A stretch of 27,271 nucleotides of DNA from a virus (lineage: Duplodnaviria > Caudoviricetes), in IMG/VR virus record IMGVR_UViG_3300025653_000214, positions 1 to 27,271 of that record. One strand, given 5' to 3'. This document shows, piece by piece, positions 1-8,273 of the stretch; position 1 is the first letter of the stretch; every line of letters starts with the position of its first letter. The notes beneath the pieces are model-generated. The model was not told the DNA's origin. It searched no databases and saw only the letters and a program-made list of their open reading frames with translations. Made by a program: the position numbers and the translations under genes.

Positions 1-1323
1 ATCTACCGGAATCAGGCCTACAAGCCTCCCTGTCTGGCTGTCTTTAGAAATAGCACCTAGATGCTGCCAACCATTGTTAGACCCGTCTACGGGCACTGGG
101 AGGTGGCTTATGTGGATTCTGTTATCTTTGACTGCTCGTTGGTAATCAAACCACTCTAAGCAACAGGAAAGAAATGACACAGCTTTTTCAGCTATGTTTG
201 CCACAATAGACTTTCTACCCATCTCAATAATAACTTCCATGTTATCATTAGTCCAGCGCACTCTGTCTTCAAGAGTAAACTTATCAACACTGATAGACTC
301 TAGGTTTTCATCCTTTAGGTATTTCACATAGTCAGCTTCACACCACTCTGGGATTTCATCAATGTTGTAGCTTTGGTTAAAGCTGTTTGCAGTATGAACC
401 GCTAGCCAGAAGAGTCCGTCCTCTGTCATAGGCTTACCCCTAGCAAAGGTCATCATTCCACGGGCTAGATCAGAGCCTTGGTAGTTTAAGAAAGACTCTG
501 AGTAGTATAGTCGTCCTCTGTAATCTGCTTGCATATACTGATAGAATACGTCTTGATCGTATAGCAGCTTAGCCTTAGTCGTAATAAACCCCCACTCTAC
601 TAGCTTACTTCTTCGTTTCATTTCTTTAGCATCGTTATTCTCTACAGGTGTTGATGATATGAATGAATCCTTGTTAGCTATTAGAGCATCGTATACACGT
701 TGGTTAATTCTCCAGCCTGTACGTTGAAGTTTATCTACAGAAGTAATCCAAGGTGTTCCTAACATAGGTGTAAACTGTGCGTTGTCCTCTTCAGTCCACT
801 CTTTTATCACAGGTTCTCCGTCTGCTTGAATGATCTTGGAGATCTTTTCTGGTCTTGATAGAACCGTATGGTTTAGTGCTATCCTTAGCATAGCCTCAGG
901 GATATCTGCTAAGTCAATCCACTTTGCTGTAGCCGACACAATATAGCTAGTATCCCTTGTTTTAGGATAATAGATATCAATGTAACCACAGTTATAGAAC
1001 GCTTCTATGAAGAGATCACCTAGTCTAACATGCATATTCCAGGGTAACCCAGGGGGTTCCCTTTGAATTACACGTGCAATACGTTGACCTATTGCTGTAG
1101 ATACAGCTGTCAACTGGGCAGTCCCTGCAGGACTATCTGAGGTATCGTAGGTGAATCTCATTTGTATTGTTTGGAAAGCCACATTAACTAGTCGCGGCAT
1201 GTCCTCTTTATATTCTTTATACAATCTCAGAAGTACACCACCTGAGTTTGCCTTAGGGTTATTTGGATTAACCCTTGAGACCTTATCAACTAGGTACTCT
1301 GAGATTTGATCGAATGGATTCAT
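1..1323 (-). CDS. T7-type single-subunit DNA-directed RNA polymerase (3' end outside window)
   Basis: Not in ORF track. Manual translation from ATG 1323 (SD AGAGG) is open to base 1: MNPFDQISEY...DYRGRLY...LNYQGSDLARGMMTFARGKP...GLFWLAVHTAN...VDKFTLEDRVRW...LPVPVDGSNNGWQH. These match T7 RNAP motifs DWRGRVY, NPQGNDMTKGLL and LPLAFDGSCSGIQH. Confidence 0.95.
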   Translation of the reverse strand, partial: MNPFDQISEYLVDKVSRVNPNNPKANSGGVLLRLYKEYKEDMPRLVNVAFQTIQMRFTYDTSDSPAGTAQLTAVSTAIGQRIARVIQREPPGLPWNMHVRLGDLFIEAFYNCGYIDIYYPKTRDTSYIVSATAKWIDLADIPEAMLRIALNHTVLSRPEKISKIIQADGEPVIKEWTEEDNAQFTPMLGTPWITSVDKLQRTGWRINQRVYDALIANKDSFISSTPVENNDAKEMKRRSKLVEWGFITTKAKLLYDQDVFYQYMQADYRGRLYYSESFLNYQGSDLARGMMTFARGKPMTEDGLFWLAVHTANSFNQSYNIDEIPEWCEADYVKYLKDENLESISVDKFTLEDRVRWTNDNMEVIIEMGRKSIVANIAEKAVSFLSCCLEWFDYQRAVKDNRIHISHLPVPVDGSNNGWQHLGAISKDSQTGRLVGLIPVD

Positions 1324-1338
1324 ACAATCCTCTTTCTG

Positions 1339-2043
1339 TTATGTTAAACACCCCCAGCTTATAGGGGCGATGCCTTCTATACACTCACCAAACTGATTGG
1401 CTAGTTCTTGGATTTCTACTTGGGCATGACTGTCTGTTCGTTGTTTATAAATACGAGCAGCAGCAGCCAGTGATCCTGTTTCTACCCACTCTGTCATCAT
1501 TGATTGTGGTAGAATCATACGTGCTTGTTCAGGGCAAATACCTTGAGCTAACATCTTTTCGTAGCATGTGATAGCATTTTCGTGTATCTCTTTTAAGTAT
1601 TTATTAGGGAAGTATTGAGACTCAGCATCACCACTAGACCCTTGTTTAGCACCGTCAGTAGGCTTTGCTCTCCATGACTTTGGTTCATAAAACTCTGGTG
1701 TTGTGTCTACATATCTTCGTGATACTTCATTACGAGTAATACCTACTATGTGTTTAAACCATTGCCTTGCTACAAAGATAGGTGCCTTTATACGTACTTG
1801 ATATTGTACTTGACTGAAGGGTGTCCAATGCCCATGCTCTGCTAAATATTTAATTAGTTTTTTATCTTTAGTATTTAAACGCTTAACAGTGTGAGGTTCG
1901 CAAGGAGGACTGTCCTCATCATAACCTACTTCAATTGTTTCATATTCAGATCTTTTATTAAAGGAGACTCTAGCAGCATTTACTACTGCTAGGTCACTCC
2001 CCATACTATCTATTAGTGTTATTTCAAACTGTAAAGTAGTCAT
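1339..2043 (-). CDS. thyX: FAD-dependent thymidylate synthase ThyX
   Basis: VVNAARVSF, LIKYLAEHGHWTPF, APIFVARQWFKH, NEVSRRY, EQARMILP, HAQVEI; GGAGG precedes ATG 2043. Confidence 0.93.
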   Translation of the reverse strand: MTTLQFEITLIDSMGSDLAVVNAARVSFNKRSEYETIEVGYDEDSPPCEPHTVKRLNTKDKKLIKYLAEHGHWTPFSQVQYQVRIKAPIFVARQWFKHIVGITRNEVSRRYVDTTPEFYEPKSWRAKPTDGAKQGSSGDAESQYFPNKYLKEIHENAITCYEKMLAQGICPEQARMILPQSMMTEWVETGSLAAAARIYKQRTDSHAQVEIQELANQFGECIEGIAPISWGCLT

Positions 2044-3661
2044 CAAAACCTCCTGCGGCTACTAGTCTTGTTGTCTTGTTGTTGTACGCAGCACTTCCGG
2101 CAGGTCCTGTAAGCCCTGTGAATCTAGACTTGAGTACTTTGAACTTGATTGTGTTTCGTTCTGACTCTGACTCTGCGACAAGGTTTCGTGAAAAGGCAAT
2201 GATGTCGAACGAGATCTGCTTGATCGAGCCACTGCCTTTGATATCATCGATAGATGCGATGTTCCCTTCTTCAAAACTCTTACCCCCTTGGGCTTTACGT
2301 AGGTGGCTGATAAGACCCAACCACACATTATGTTTCTTTACAACTTTAAGTAAGTCAGACATTACTTTATCAATCGCTTCGTTACCAGATAGTCCCTCAG
2401 ACCCTTCCGATACCGCGATAGTAATGTGATCAAGAACGAGGTACTTGCAACCCATAAGGGCCATGTACTCAATCTTTTCGATAAGAGATGAGTCCCCAAC
2501 GGAGCCTTGATGATCCAAGAGAACCAGTCGCTCGTCACCAAACACAGCTTCATATCCTCTACGGAGTTCATCCTCATCAGTCGATGGAGTATCCATGATG
2601 TTACGCCTAAGCTGCATGGAGATAAACTTTTCGGCTGTATCTCCAACACTTTCTTCCAGACTAATGAGTCCAACCTTATCACTTGTCTTAGCAAGAAGGT
2701 CAAGAACAATCTCTTTAATGACAGTAGACTTACCACTGCCAGTGCCAGAGGTAAACAAAGTAATCTCACCATATCGTATTCCTTTTAGTTTTTCATTAAG
2801 ACCTGAAAGACAATCTGGATACGGAACAGACTCTACATCTTGACGTTCTTTGAATTGATCCCACACAGCCTCACCAGTTACAATACCTGCAGGAGACCAA
2901 GTGTGCGCTCTCCATATACAATTGTCTAAGATCTTAGGTCCATGTTTCATTAGTGTGTCACTGGCATCTTTTTCTGGTAACTTTACAATCTTTACTTTAC
3001 CAGCATCAAACATCTTTGCAGCTTTTTCAAGTGCAGCTTGACCAGCATCATCTTGGTCAAAACACAGAACAATTTCTTGGAACTGGTTTACCCACTCCCT
3101 TTGCTCTAGTAATGTTCTTAGCCCAGTTGCTGATGGTATCGACACAACAGAACCCCAGATCTTTCCAGAGTTATCTATCATAGACTGAGCCACTGCCAGT
3201 GTATCTAGTTCTCCCTCAGTGATAATGATTTTCTTTCTACCAATCCCTGGGGAAGACTGACCAAACAGGTCTACATCTTTAAAGTTACCATGAACGTGGA
3301 AACTTTTAGGTAGTTTTCGTTCTTTGTAAGCAACCAATTTACCGTCTTTTGTGTACGGATAATAATGAGATTCTGGCATTCCAGTTTCACTCACGCTCAT
3401 CTTCACACCAAAGTGATCAACTACTTCTTTAGTGATACCACGAGAAGTAATAGAATAGCTACGATAAGAAGGTATATCGGAGAATTTAGTAAGCTCCACA
3501 AAGGAGGTAGGTGTATGGGCATCCATTTCAACTTTCACTTTCTTTGATTTACCACAGCTGAAGCAGTGACCTACTCCATCGCTGTACGATACAAACGCAT
3601 CTGAACTACCACACCCAGGGAATGGGCATGGTCCTTTTACATATCTTCTTTCATCATCCAT
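2024..3661 (-). CDS. DNA primase-helicase (T7 gp4-like)
   Basis: Zn finger CPFPGC...CFSC, TOPRIM EGELD and DQDDAG, Walker A SGTGSGKST, LDHIT, SHLRK, DIKGSGSIKQ, KSRFTG. Confidence 0.95.
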   Translation of the reverse strand: MDDERRYVKGPCPFPGCGSSDAFVSYSDGVGHCFSCGKSKKVKVEMDAHTPTSFVELTKFSDIPSYRSYSITSRGITKEVVDHFGVKMSVSETGMPESHYYPYTKDGKLVAYKERKLPKSFHVHGNFKDVDLFGQSSPGIGRKKIIITEGELDTLAVAQSMIDNSGKIWGSVVSIPSATGLRTLLEQREWVNQFQEIVLCFDQDDAGQAALEKAAKMFDAGKVKIVKLPEKDASDTLMKHGPKILDNCIWRAHTWSPAGIVTGEAVWDQFKERQDVESVPYPDCLSGLNEKLKGIRYGEITLFTSGTGSGKSTVIKEIVLDLLAKTSDKVGLISLEESVGDTAEKFISMQLRRNIMDTPSTDEDELRRGYEAVFGDERLVLLDHQGSVGDSSLIEKIEYMALMGCKYLVLDHITIAVSEGSEGLSGNEAIDKVMSDLLKVVKKHNVWLGLISHLRKAQGGKSFEEGNIASIDDIKGSGSIKQISFDIIAFSRNLVAESESERNTIKFKVLKSRFTGLTGPAGSAAYNNKTTRLVAAGGFDDYFTV

Positions 3662-3757
3662 TTAGTTCCATCTTTCTTCTTTAGCTTGACGATTTAGTTT
3701 CCTCTTGTAACTCGCTTCTCGTTTCTTGTTGAGTCTCTTCTGCTTGATCACTTTCAT
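3662..3757 (-). CDS. 31-aa very basic peptide overlapping the end of the RusA-like gene
   Basis: MKVIKQKRLNKKREASYKRKLNRQAKEERWN; its TAA directly abuts the primase ATG. Confidence 0.45.
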   Translation of the reverse strand: MKVIKQKRLNKKREASYKRKLNRQAKEERWN

Positions 3758-4106
3758 ACTCTCGTACTCTGATGTCAAGGAATTCTCCTCCTCGTTTAAC
3801 AATTCGCTTTTCAAGTTTGATGTTGTAAACTTTATTGTCATTGAATTCTTCATACACTCCTTGGTATGTGTCTAATATTGGTTTAATTACATTATCCAGA
3901 TCTGCTCCTCTATTTGAGAGACCTGCTGTTATATCAAAGGTAACCTGACCAACCCCAAAGGGCCAGTCAGTTCCTATTAGTTCATCCCGAATGTTGTTCT
4001 GATACTCCAGATAATCCGCTGACTTGAACGTTGTCTTCCCCCTTCGGTTCCACATCTTGTTCGCACTCAGAGGTTTTATTGAGAAGTAATGACTCATCTC
4101 CTCCAT
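3681..4106 (-). CDS. RusA-like Holliday junction resolvase/endonuclease
   Basis: KPLSANKMW, DLDNVIKPILD...NDNKV resembles the RusA DxDNxxK...DD signature; SD GAGGAG upstream. Confidence 0.75.
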   Translation of the reverse strand: MEEMSHYFSIKPLSANKMWNRRGKTTFKSADYLEYQNNIRDELIGTDWPFGVGQVTFDITAGLSNRGADLDNVIKPILDTYQGVYEEFNDNKVYNIKLEKRIVKRGGEFLDIRVREYESDQAEETQQETRSELQEETKSSS

Positions 4107-4791
4107 TCTTTTGTATCTCCTCTAGTTCATCCCATGTGGTTAGCATAGTAAGTAGTTTACGACTAAGCCAAGGATCACCTGCATTATGTTCTTTCCATGC
4201 AGCGACAACCTTTTCCCAGCGTTGACCCATTGGTACTCCTGCTAGGATCTTTTCAGCTTTCTTTGGACCGATGCCTTTAATGCCTGGAATGTTATCACTA
4301 GTATCACCAGTCAAACATTGCAGCATCAAGTTCATGTTTGCCTTGTCATCATCTACAAACTCATGGGTTTTCTTAGTGTAGTTATAGTGATGACCAGGTA
4401 TCTGTTTAAGATCTTTATCAATACCACAAATCAGGAAGTCTAGTTCCATTTCACGAGCTTCATAAGCCCATATACATACTAGATCATCTGCTTCCATCCC
4501 GTCAGCTTCTACACCACCCCACTTTTCTTTCATATAGTTGTGACCATAGTTAAGGGACTTCTTTACTTCGTCCGTTAAGGCGGGTCTGGAGGCCTTGTAG
4601 GGGGTGTAAAGGTCTTTCCGGTAGTTCCCCCTACCTTTAAGTGCTACACGGCACTCATGAGGCTCTGAGAAGGCGTAAGCCATGCATTCATTTACGGTGA
4701 AGTCAATCACCTTTCGTATTTCTACTTCATCAGAGTTGCTATAAGCAGCCCTGAAGTAGATAGAGTCGGCATCAATTAGTGCTAGTGCCAT
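3982..4791 (-). CDS. 5'-3' exonuclease (T7 gp6/FEN-like)
   Basis: LIDADS, NYRKDLYTPYKASR, EADD, DKDLKQIPG, GDTSDNIPGIKGIGPKKA. Confidence 0.92.
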   Translation of the reverse strand: MALALIDADSIYFRAAYSNSDEVEIRKVIDFTVNECMAYAFSEPHECRVALKGRGNYRKDLYTPYKASRPALTDEVKKSLNYGHNYMKEKWGGVEADGMEADDLVCIWAYEAREMELDFLICGIDKDLKQIPGHHYNYTKKTHEFVDDDKANMNLMLQCLTGDTSDNIPGIKGIGPKKAEKILAGVPMGQRWEKVVAAWKEHNAGDPWLSRKLLTMLTTWDELEEIQKNGGDESLLLNKTSECEQDVEPKGEDNVQVSGLSGVSEQHSG

Positions 4792-4803
4792 TATCTTTTC
4801 CTT

Positions 4804-5079
4804 TCATCTGTAGATTACTTCAACTCCCCAATCCTTTACTTTATTAGTTAAGGGGTAGGGGTTGAGGGGGTCTCTTTCGTATTCAACTGCTGCGAGTAGG
4901 TGGAGAATGATATATCCGTTTGCAGTATAGTGGTAACGCAATACATCAAACCATTCTCTCGGTTCAATACCATCTGGTTTTGGGTGGAAGGATACGGTGT
5001 ACCCTGGATATTCAATTGATGGTTCATAGGGTACTTCCTTTATATTAGTGTACGTCTGCATAACTGCTGCCAATGACAT
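4804..5079 (-). CDS. hypothetical protein (start uncertain: 5088/5079/5061)
   Basis: ORF fills the gap between pol and exonuclease in the operon direction. Confidence 0.6.
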   Translation of the reverse strand: MSLAAVMQTYTNIKEVPYEPSIEYPGYTVSFHPKPDGIEPREWFDVLRYHYTANGYIILHLLAAVEYERDPLNPYPLTNKVKDWGVEVIYR

Positions 5080-6871
5080 AATCTCCACCTTCCATACAAG
5101 TTACACCAAACATCTTTGGTCCTTCTTTAAATGACTCTTGTAAGATTTCACCAACACGATCAGCATCATCTGGATGTGCTACATAGGCGATCTCGTCATG
5201 GTAGAACAGCCGTGGCTCTGCACGTAGTCCTTCTTCATCAATCTTATTCATAGCATAAGAAAGTGCAGACTTACATGTAATACCCTCTGCTGTTTGCAGA
5301 AGATAGTTTAGGGCCTGGTATTCACCAGAGACAAACACAGGACGACCATCAAGCCCAGGGAACCAACCTTCACCTGTAGCGTACTGAGTACTGCGCCATA
5401 CATCGCCCAGTCTGTTCTTTAGCTCTGCCAATCCTTTAATGCCTTTGGCAAAGTCTTCACGAGACTTCTTACCAGCATTAGCGTTAGGCTTACCAGTTAG
5501 AATAGAACCAAGCTTAGCATCACCAGCGCCAAACAAGTATGCGTATAGGTAGTTTTTAGCAATGGGGCGAGAGCAACCAAGAGCATCAGCGTTTCGTTGA
5601 TGTTGATCACCATAGATAACTTCATTAGTAAACTCATCATTGCCTACGTAATGACACAGACCCCTTAGTTGGTTACCAGAACTATCAGCACCTACAACTT
5701 TCCAATTGTCATCAGGTATAAACAGTTCCCTTAGTTCTTTACCCCACGGGGCATTCACCCCTGGAAGGTTTACAATAACTTCATGACGACATCGGAATGT
5801 TTGAGTACCGATAGTCCACATGTTACCGTGGATGCGACCATTGGAAAGAACCTCAAGCCAGCCCTTAATAACAGAGCTTCTATTACGAAGGGTATAGTAC
5901 TCGCTGATCATTTTACCAAGATCCCCTAGTTTCTCTAGAGATGTATCAGTAATCTTTGGACCAACAGTAACCCACTCTCGGCCTACTTTCTTACGATTAT
6001 ATTCATCGGGTTTCCATCCAATTGTAAGCAACCACTCTTTAACAAGCTCCATAGAACCAAGAGTGATCTGCTCAACAGTGAAACGTTGGAAGGGTTCCCC
6101 TGCTGCGTGAACGTGTATGTCGGTTGTTTTAATTTCTTTATTGTAAAAGTCAGACAACAAACGTGCAGTTACCGCTGTGTAGTCTCCATTCTTTTTGAAC
6201 TTAGGAAACTTTTCTACTTTATCTATGTATACTTTATGCGTACCCAATTGTGGGTGAAGAGTGTTTTCAATCTCAAGCATACGAACATTCATATCTTTTA
6301 GGTTCTTCTTTGCTTTTACAACATCAAAGTTCCAACCACGAGTCTTTACACGGGCATTAAACTTGGCTGTATCATGCTCAATCAGAAGACCCTCTTTAAT
6401 AGCTGGTCTTTTAGCAGCAATCTTTTTGTATTCTACCATTAGGTGGTTGAACACATCTGCATTTAGCTTTACGTCTTGTACACAGTACCTAAGCATTTCT
6501 TTAGAGTAGTTATCCCACTCATCAAATTCAATTTTAGAATTGTTGAGGTGCTCACCCCAACCCTTAAGGCCGTGCTTGTGGGGTCTTTTGTATTGCAATA
6601 CCTGAGACATAATCCAGGTATCGTATATTTTCTTTTCGTTTAGTTTCAACCCATACAGTTTTTCCATAACTAAATTATCAAACCCGATAATGTTATGACC
6701 GATCAAAACCTCTGCATTGTTTAGCATAACGCAACCATCGTCCATTGATGGGATTGAGTTATCATAATCACTGAATTTGTAAGTTGATCCAGTATCTAAG
6801 TTATGTGCTACAAGGCACCATACTTTTGTTGCATCAAAACCATCGGTTTCAATATCATATACTAGTTTCAT
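5045..6871 (-). CDS. Family A DNA polymerase with 3'-5' exonuclease (T7 gp5-like)
   Basis: DIETDG, HNIIGFD, YCVQD; motif A ADSSGNQLR, motif B RPIAKNYLYAYLFG, motif C YHDE. Confidence 0.96.
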   Translation of the reverse strand: MKLVYDIETDGFDATKVWCLVAHNLDTGSTYKFSDYDNSIPSMDDGCVMLNNAEVLIGHNIIGFDNLVMEKLYGLKLNEKKIYDTWIMSQVLQYKRPHKHGLKGWGEHLNNSKIEFDEWDNYSKEMLRYCVQDVKLNADVFNHLMVEYKKIAAKRPAIKEGLLIEHDTAKFNARVKTRGWNFDVVKAKKNLKDMNVRMLEIENTLHPQLGTHKVYIDKVEKFPKFKKNGDYTAVTARLLSDFYNKEIKTTDIHVHAAGEPFQRFTVEQITLGSMELVKEWLLTIGWKPDEYNRKKVGREWVTVGPKITDTSLEKLGDLGKMISEYYTLRNRSSVIKGWLEVLSNGRIHGNMWTIGTQTFRCRHEVIVNLPGVNAPWGKELRELFIPDDNWKVVGADSSGNQLRGLCHYVGNDEFTNEVIYGDQHQRNADALGCSRPIAKNYLYAYLFGAGDAKLGSILTGKPNANAGKKSREDFAKGIKGLAELKNRLGDVWRSTQYATGEGWFPGLDGRPVFVSGEYQALNYLLQTAEGITCKSALSYAMNKIDEEGLRAEPRLFYHDEIAYVAHPDDADRVGEILQESFKEGPKMFGVTCMEGGDYVIGSSYADVH

Positions 6872-7157
6872 AAGCTTTTCTTTCTAGGTAGTGTTTTTCT
6901 TTTACTGACCTGATTGTGTGACAGTTAGCGCAACGAATGTCGCATTTACGGGCTTCTTTAATAATGTTTTTGATACTACAAGAAGCCATCCTGTGAGGTG
7001 TGTATAGTTTATCTGTAGGATCTCTGTGATCCCATTGAAGAGCATAGGGGTTTTCGTTATACCCACAATCAATACAACCTTTAGCTATTTTGTATTGGTC
7101 AAGTATTTTCCTACGCCTTCTGATTTTCTTTACTTGTTTACTAAGTTCTTCATCCAC
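6855..7157 (-). CDS. HNH endonuclease-like Zn-binding protein
   Basis: CIDCG...LQWDHRDP...KCDIRCANCH; GTG start. Confidence 0.8.
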   Translation of the reverse strand: MDEELSKQVKKIRRRRKILDQYKIAKGCIDCGYNENPYALQWDHRDPTDKLYTPHRMASCSIKNIIKEARKCDIRCANCHTIRSVKEKHYLERKAYETSI

Positions 7158-7308
7158 TGTTTTCTGCTTTCTTTATGTCGCATTTAGGACAGACTTTATA
7201 CCCATTATCTATTGATACGGTTAGTATTTCTACACCACATTCAATACATTTAAACCTTTTAAACGGTTTACCCGTTACATGATCAACCTTTCCCCTGTCT
7301 GATTTCAT
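7150..7308 (-). CDS. 52-aa Zn-ribbon protein
   Basis: Manual: MKSDRGKVDHVTGKPFKRFKCIECGVEILTVSIDNGYKVCPKCDIKKAENSG; two CxxC; ATGA overlap with upstream gene. Confidence 0.65.
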   Translation of the reverse strand: MKSDRGKVDHVTGKPFKRFKCIECGVEILTVSIDNGYKVCPKCDIKKAENSG

Positions 7309-7499
7309 GGGATTACACCCAGCACCCAGTTTTCTGCACAGTCTTCTGCGTATTGCTCTGAGTGCCCTTCAATAAGTCGATCTTCAACTACGGTTTCTCC
7401 TTTAATCATAAGAACTGAATAACCTGTCAATTCTTTGAACACGTGGGATTTCCTGTCAGAATATTGACCATTCCCCCAGAATGTGTGTAGTTCTGTCAT
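7305..7499 (-). CDS. hypothetical phage protein
   Basis: ATGA coupling on both sides; C-terminal SEQYAEDCAENWVLG. Confidence 0.7.
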   Translation of the reverse strand: MTELHTFWGNGQYSDRKSHVFKELTGYSVLMIKGETVVEDRLIEGHSEQYAEDCAENWVLGVIP

Positions 7500-7594
7500 G
7501 ATTTAAACTTTCTCCCTTTAAAGAATACAATTAGGTTTACTGTAGTGTTAATTGTTACCATGACTACAAGCCAGTATTGTACCCATTCAGGCAT
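7496..7594 (-). CDS. 32-aa membrane peptide
   Basis: Manual: MPEWVQYWLVVMVTINTTVNLIVFFKGRKFKS; overlaps both neighbours. Confidence 0.55.
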   Translation of the reverse strand: MPEWVQYWLVVMVTINTTVNLIVFFKGRKFKS

Positions 7595-7844
7595 CATAAT
7601 CTTCTATTAGCATTTGCAAATAGTGCATTGCTTTTTCAAGATCTTTCTTGCCGTTTTTACTTTTATGCCTTACAACATATTTAATAACATTTGCTTCTCT
7701 GAATGGTATATCATTTTTTACAATGAAATCAATAGGTTGTATAGGTAATTGGTAGTGGTTACCACCAACTTGTCTGGATTTAGCATCCATTTCTGCACTC
7801 ATCCTTTTCATATATTGTTCATGGTTTTCGTAATCAGCGTTCAT
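7587..7844 (-). CDS. DUF3310 protein (T7 gp1.7-like nucleotide kinase family)
   Basis: QVGGNHY..IQPIDFI...ANVIKYVVRHKSKNGKKDLEKAMHYL. Confidence 0.85.
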   Translation of the reverse strand: MNADYENHEQYMKRMSAEMDAKSRQVGGNHYQLPIQPIDFIVKNDIPFREANVIKYVVRHKSKNGKKDLEKAMHYLQMLIEDYDA

Positions 7845-8169
7845 CTCCTGATCCTTTCAGGGTTCCATCTTGTTTACGTGAGGCTAGTTTATCCAGATTA
7901 GCAGCAGCAACAGTATCAAGACTATCTCCAAGTTCGTTGGCAAGAACAGCGAGATACCAAAGAGTATCCCCAAGTTCTTTAGATATAGATGCCAAGGCTT
8001 CTTCTGCTTTTTTTGGGTCATTGTCGTAATCTCCACGAAGAATCTTCTTCACTTTGTTTGCGACCTCTGCAGCCTCTCCTGACAGTCCAAGTGCCAAGTA
8101 CGGAAGTGCTTGATGTTCTGGGTAAACAGCCGTTGTAATGGCTTTGGTTTGATATTCATTAAAATTCAT
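7834..8169 (-). CDS. MazG-like NTP pyrophosphohydrolase
   Basis: FNEYQ, LGLSGEAAEVANKVKK, KELGDTLWYLA, ANLDKLASR. Confidence 0.88.
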   Translation of the reverse strand: MNFNEYQTKAITTAVYPEHQALPYLALGLSGEAAEVANKVKKILRGDYDNDPKKAEEALASISKELGDTLWYLAVLANELGDSLDTVAAANLDKLASRKQDGTLKGSGDER

Positions 8170-8176
8170 GTTGTTT

Positions 8177-8194
8177 TATATACCCCTTATAGAA
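8177..8194 (+). promoter_or_regulatory. Putative phage-RNAP promoter copy 1 (drives putative terS)
   Basis: TATATACCCCTTATAGAA; 16-bp core identical in 5 intergenic copies and ends in TATAG like T7/SP6 promoters. Confidence 0.75.
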
Positions 8195-8207
8195 TTATAC
8201 CTTTTTG

Positions 8208-8230
8208 ATGACGCAGCTTGTCTGCGGCAT
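8208..8230. repeat. Hairpin between the convergent promoters (hairpin family member A)
   Basis: ATGACGCAG-CTTGT-CTGCGGCAT, 8 of 9 bp paired. Confidence 0.7.
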
Positions 8231-8239
8231 AAGATATAC

Positions 8240-8260
8240 CTATAAGGGGTATATACAATT
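8240..8260 (-). promoter_or_regulatory. Putative phage-RNAP promoter copy 2 (drives replication module)
   Basis: Minus strand AATTGTATATACCCCTTATAG, 21/21 identical to 15413-15433. Confidence 0.75.
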
Positions 8261-8273
8261 TATGGAGAAAACA

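Noticed and set aside
1713-1760. ThyX motif reads KHIVGITRNEVSRR rather than RHRxxSxxxxSxR
   Set aside because: To my knowledge similar variants occur in other phage ThyX; the catalytic Ser/Arg are retained.
2062-6509. Numerous alternate-frame and plus-strand ORFs inside primase, exonuclease and polymerase
   Set aside because: Shadow ORFs of well-supported genes.
7195-7210. Partial promoter-like TTTATACCCATTATCT
   Set aside because: Four mismatches, inside a gene and antisense to the operon.
8205-8273. Upstream extension of the putative terS ORF
   Set aside because: Spans a promoter copy; the SD supports ATG 8274.
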